From the NCBI GenBank assembly GCA_964549615.1, contig CAZJVP010000074.1:1-35544 (forward strand): 35,544 nucleotides of DNA. The letters are read 5' to 3'. Origin of the DNA: an uncultured Thermococci archaeon. Lineage in GTDB: Archaea; CAYQAE01; CAYVLA01. A program made the position numbers and the translations under genes. The notes below the pieces were generated by a model. The model did not search any database, had not been told where the DNA came from, and saw only the letters and a list, made by a program, of their open reading frames with translations. Shown one piece after another: positions 35,248-35,544 of the stretch. Position 1 is the first letter of the stretch. Each line of letters opens with the position of its first letter.

Positions 35248-35329
35248 AACCTCTACCCCCTGAACGAGCGTTTCCGCCTATCAATCTTATGACCGAAATG
35301 GACCCTGCCCGGTATGTGCCTGCTCGCAG

Positions 35330-35510
35330 GTGAGCTCGAGGTCTTCCTTCGAGAGCAGGGGAGACAGCTGTGCGAAGGCGCTCTTACGACGCAGTTCCTT
35401 GGCCTCTCTTGCGGGGTCGAGCAGGGACCGCCCCGATTCCTTGTCCTTTTCATTCTCTACAGTTCTTTCTTCACAGGGATGGGCACCGATCCGGTGGCTT
35501 AGTCCCTCAA
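35330..35510 (-). pseudogene. VapB-type antitoxin pseudogene with two nonsense codons and a frameshift
   Basis: From TTG 35510 it reads MRD*ATGSVPIPVKKEL*RMK and, after a frameshift, DKESGRSLLDPAREAKELRRKSAFAQLSPLLSKEDLE. This resembles archaeal antitoxins of the 'YATISVP..VKK.LE..KG.KEWG.FLL...AF..L..LL..EDL' type. Confidence 0.6.
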
Positions 35511-35544
35511 CTTTATCCTTTATCCTTAGACAATTATGCAACGA

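Noticed and set aside
35287-35541. 84-aa ORF in the track
   Set aside because: It is better explained as one frame of a frameshifted antitoxin pseudogene.

Overview
Archaeal chromosomal segment, mostly high-GC. The archaeal call rests on rps27ae, stand-alone Kae1 and Bud32, an Sm-like protein, AMP phosphorylase with ribose-1,5-bisphosphate isomerase, CofD, TATA-like boxes and GGTGA ribosome-binding sites. The left ~10.7 kb is largely housekeeping and starts in the 5' end of a probable IS481-family transposase. The rest is accessory. (1) Five dispersed, divergent paralogs of an uncharacterised single-pass surface protein cover about 6.3 kb (~18% of the window); each has a signal peptide, a Cys-less class I glutamine-amidotransferase-like domain, a helical stalk and a fixed-spacing transmembrane/tail motif (WxYxxEW-TM-MxRRxxYxxVxxTR). 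(2) A tightly coupled operon resembles Bacillus ydjG/ydjI but lacks pspA; it encodes a helical protein, an SPFH protein with three zinc-ribbon repeats, three Zn-ribbon paralogs and a Tat-exported DUF362 protein. (3) A large glycoside-hydrolase-like protein. (4) An Fe-S subunit/aldehyde:ferredoxin oxidoreductase/proC operon. (5) At the right end, a decayed vapBC pair split by a ~2.7 kb insert carrying an AT-richer 667-aa gene. No CRISPR array, rRNA or tRNA was seen. All family calls come from motif recognition by eye, not database searches.
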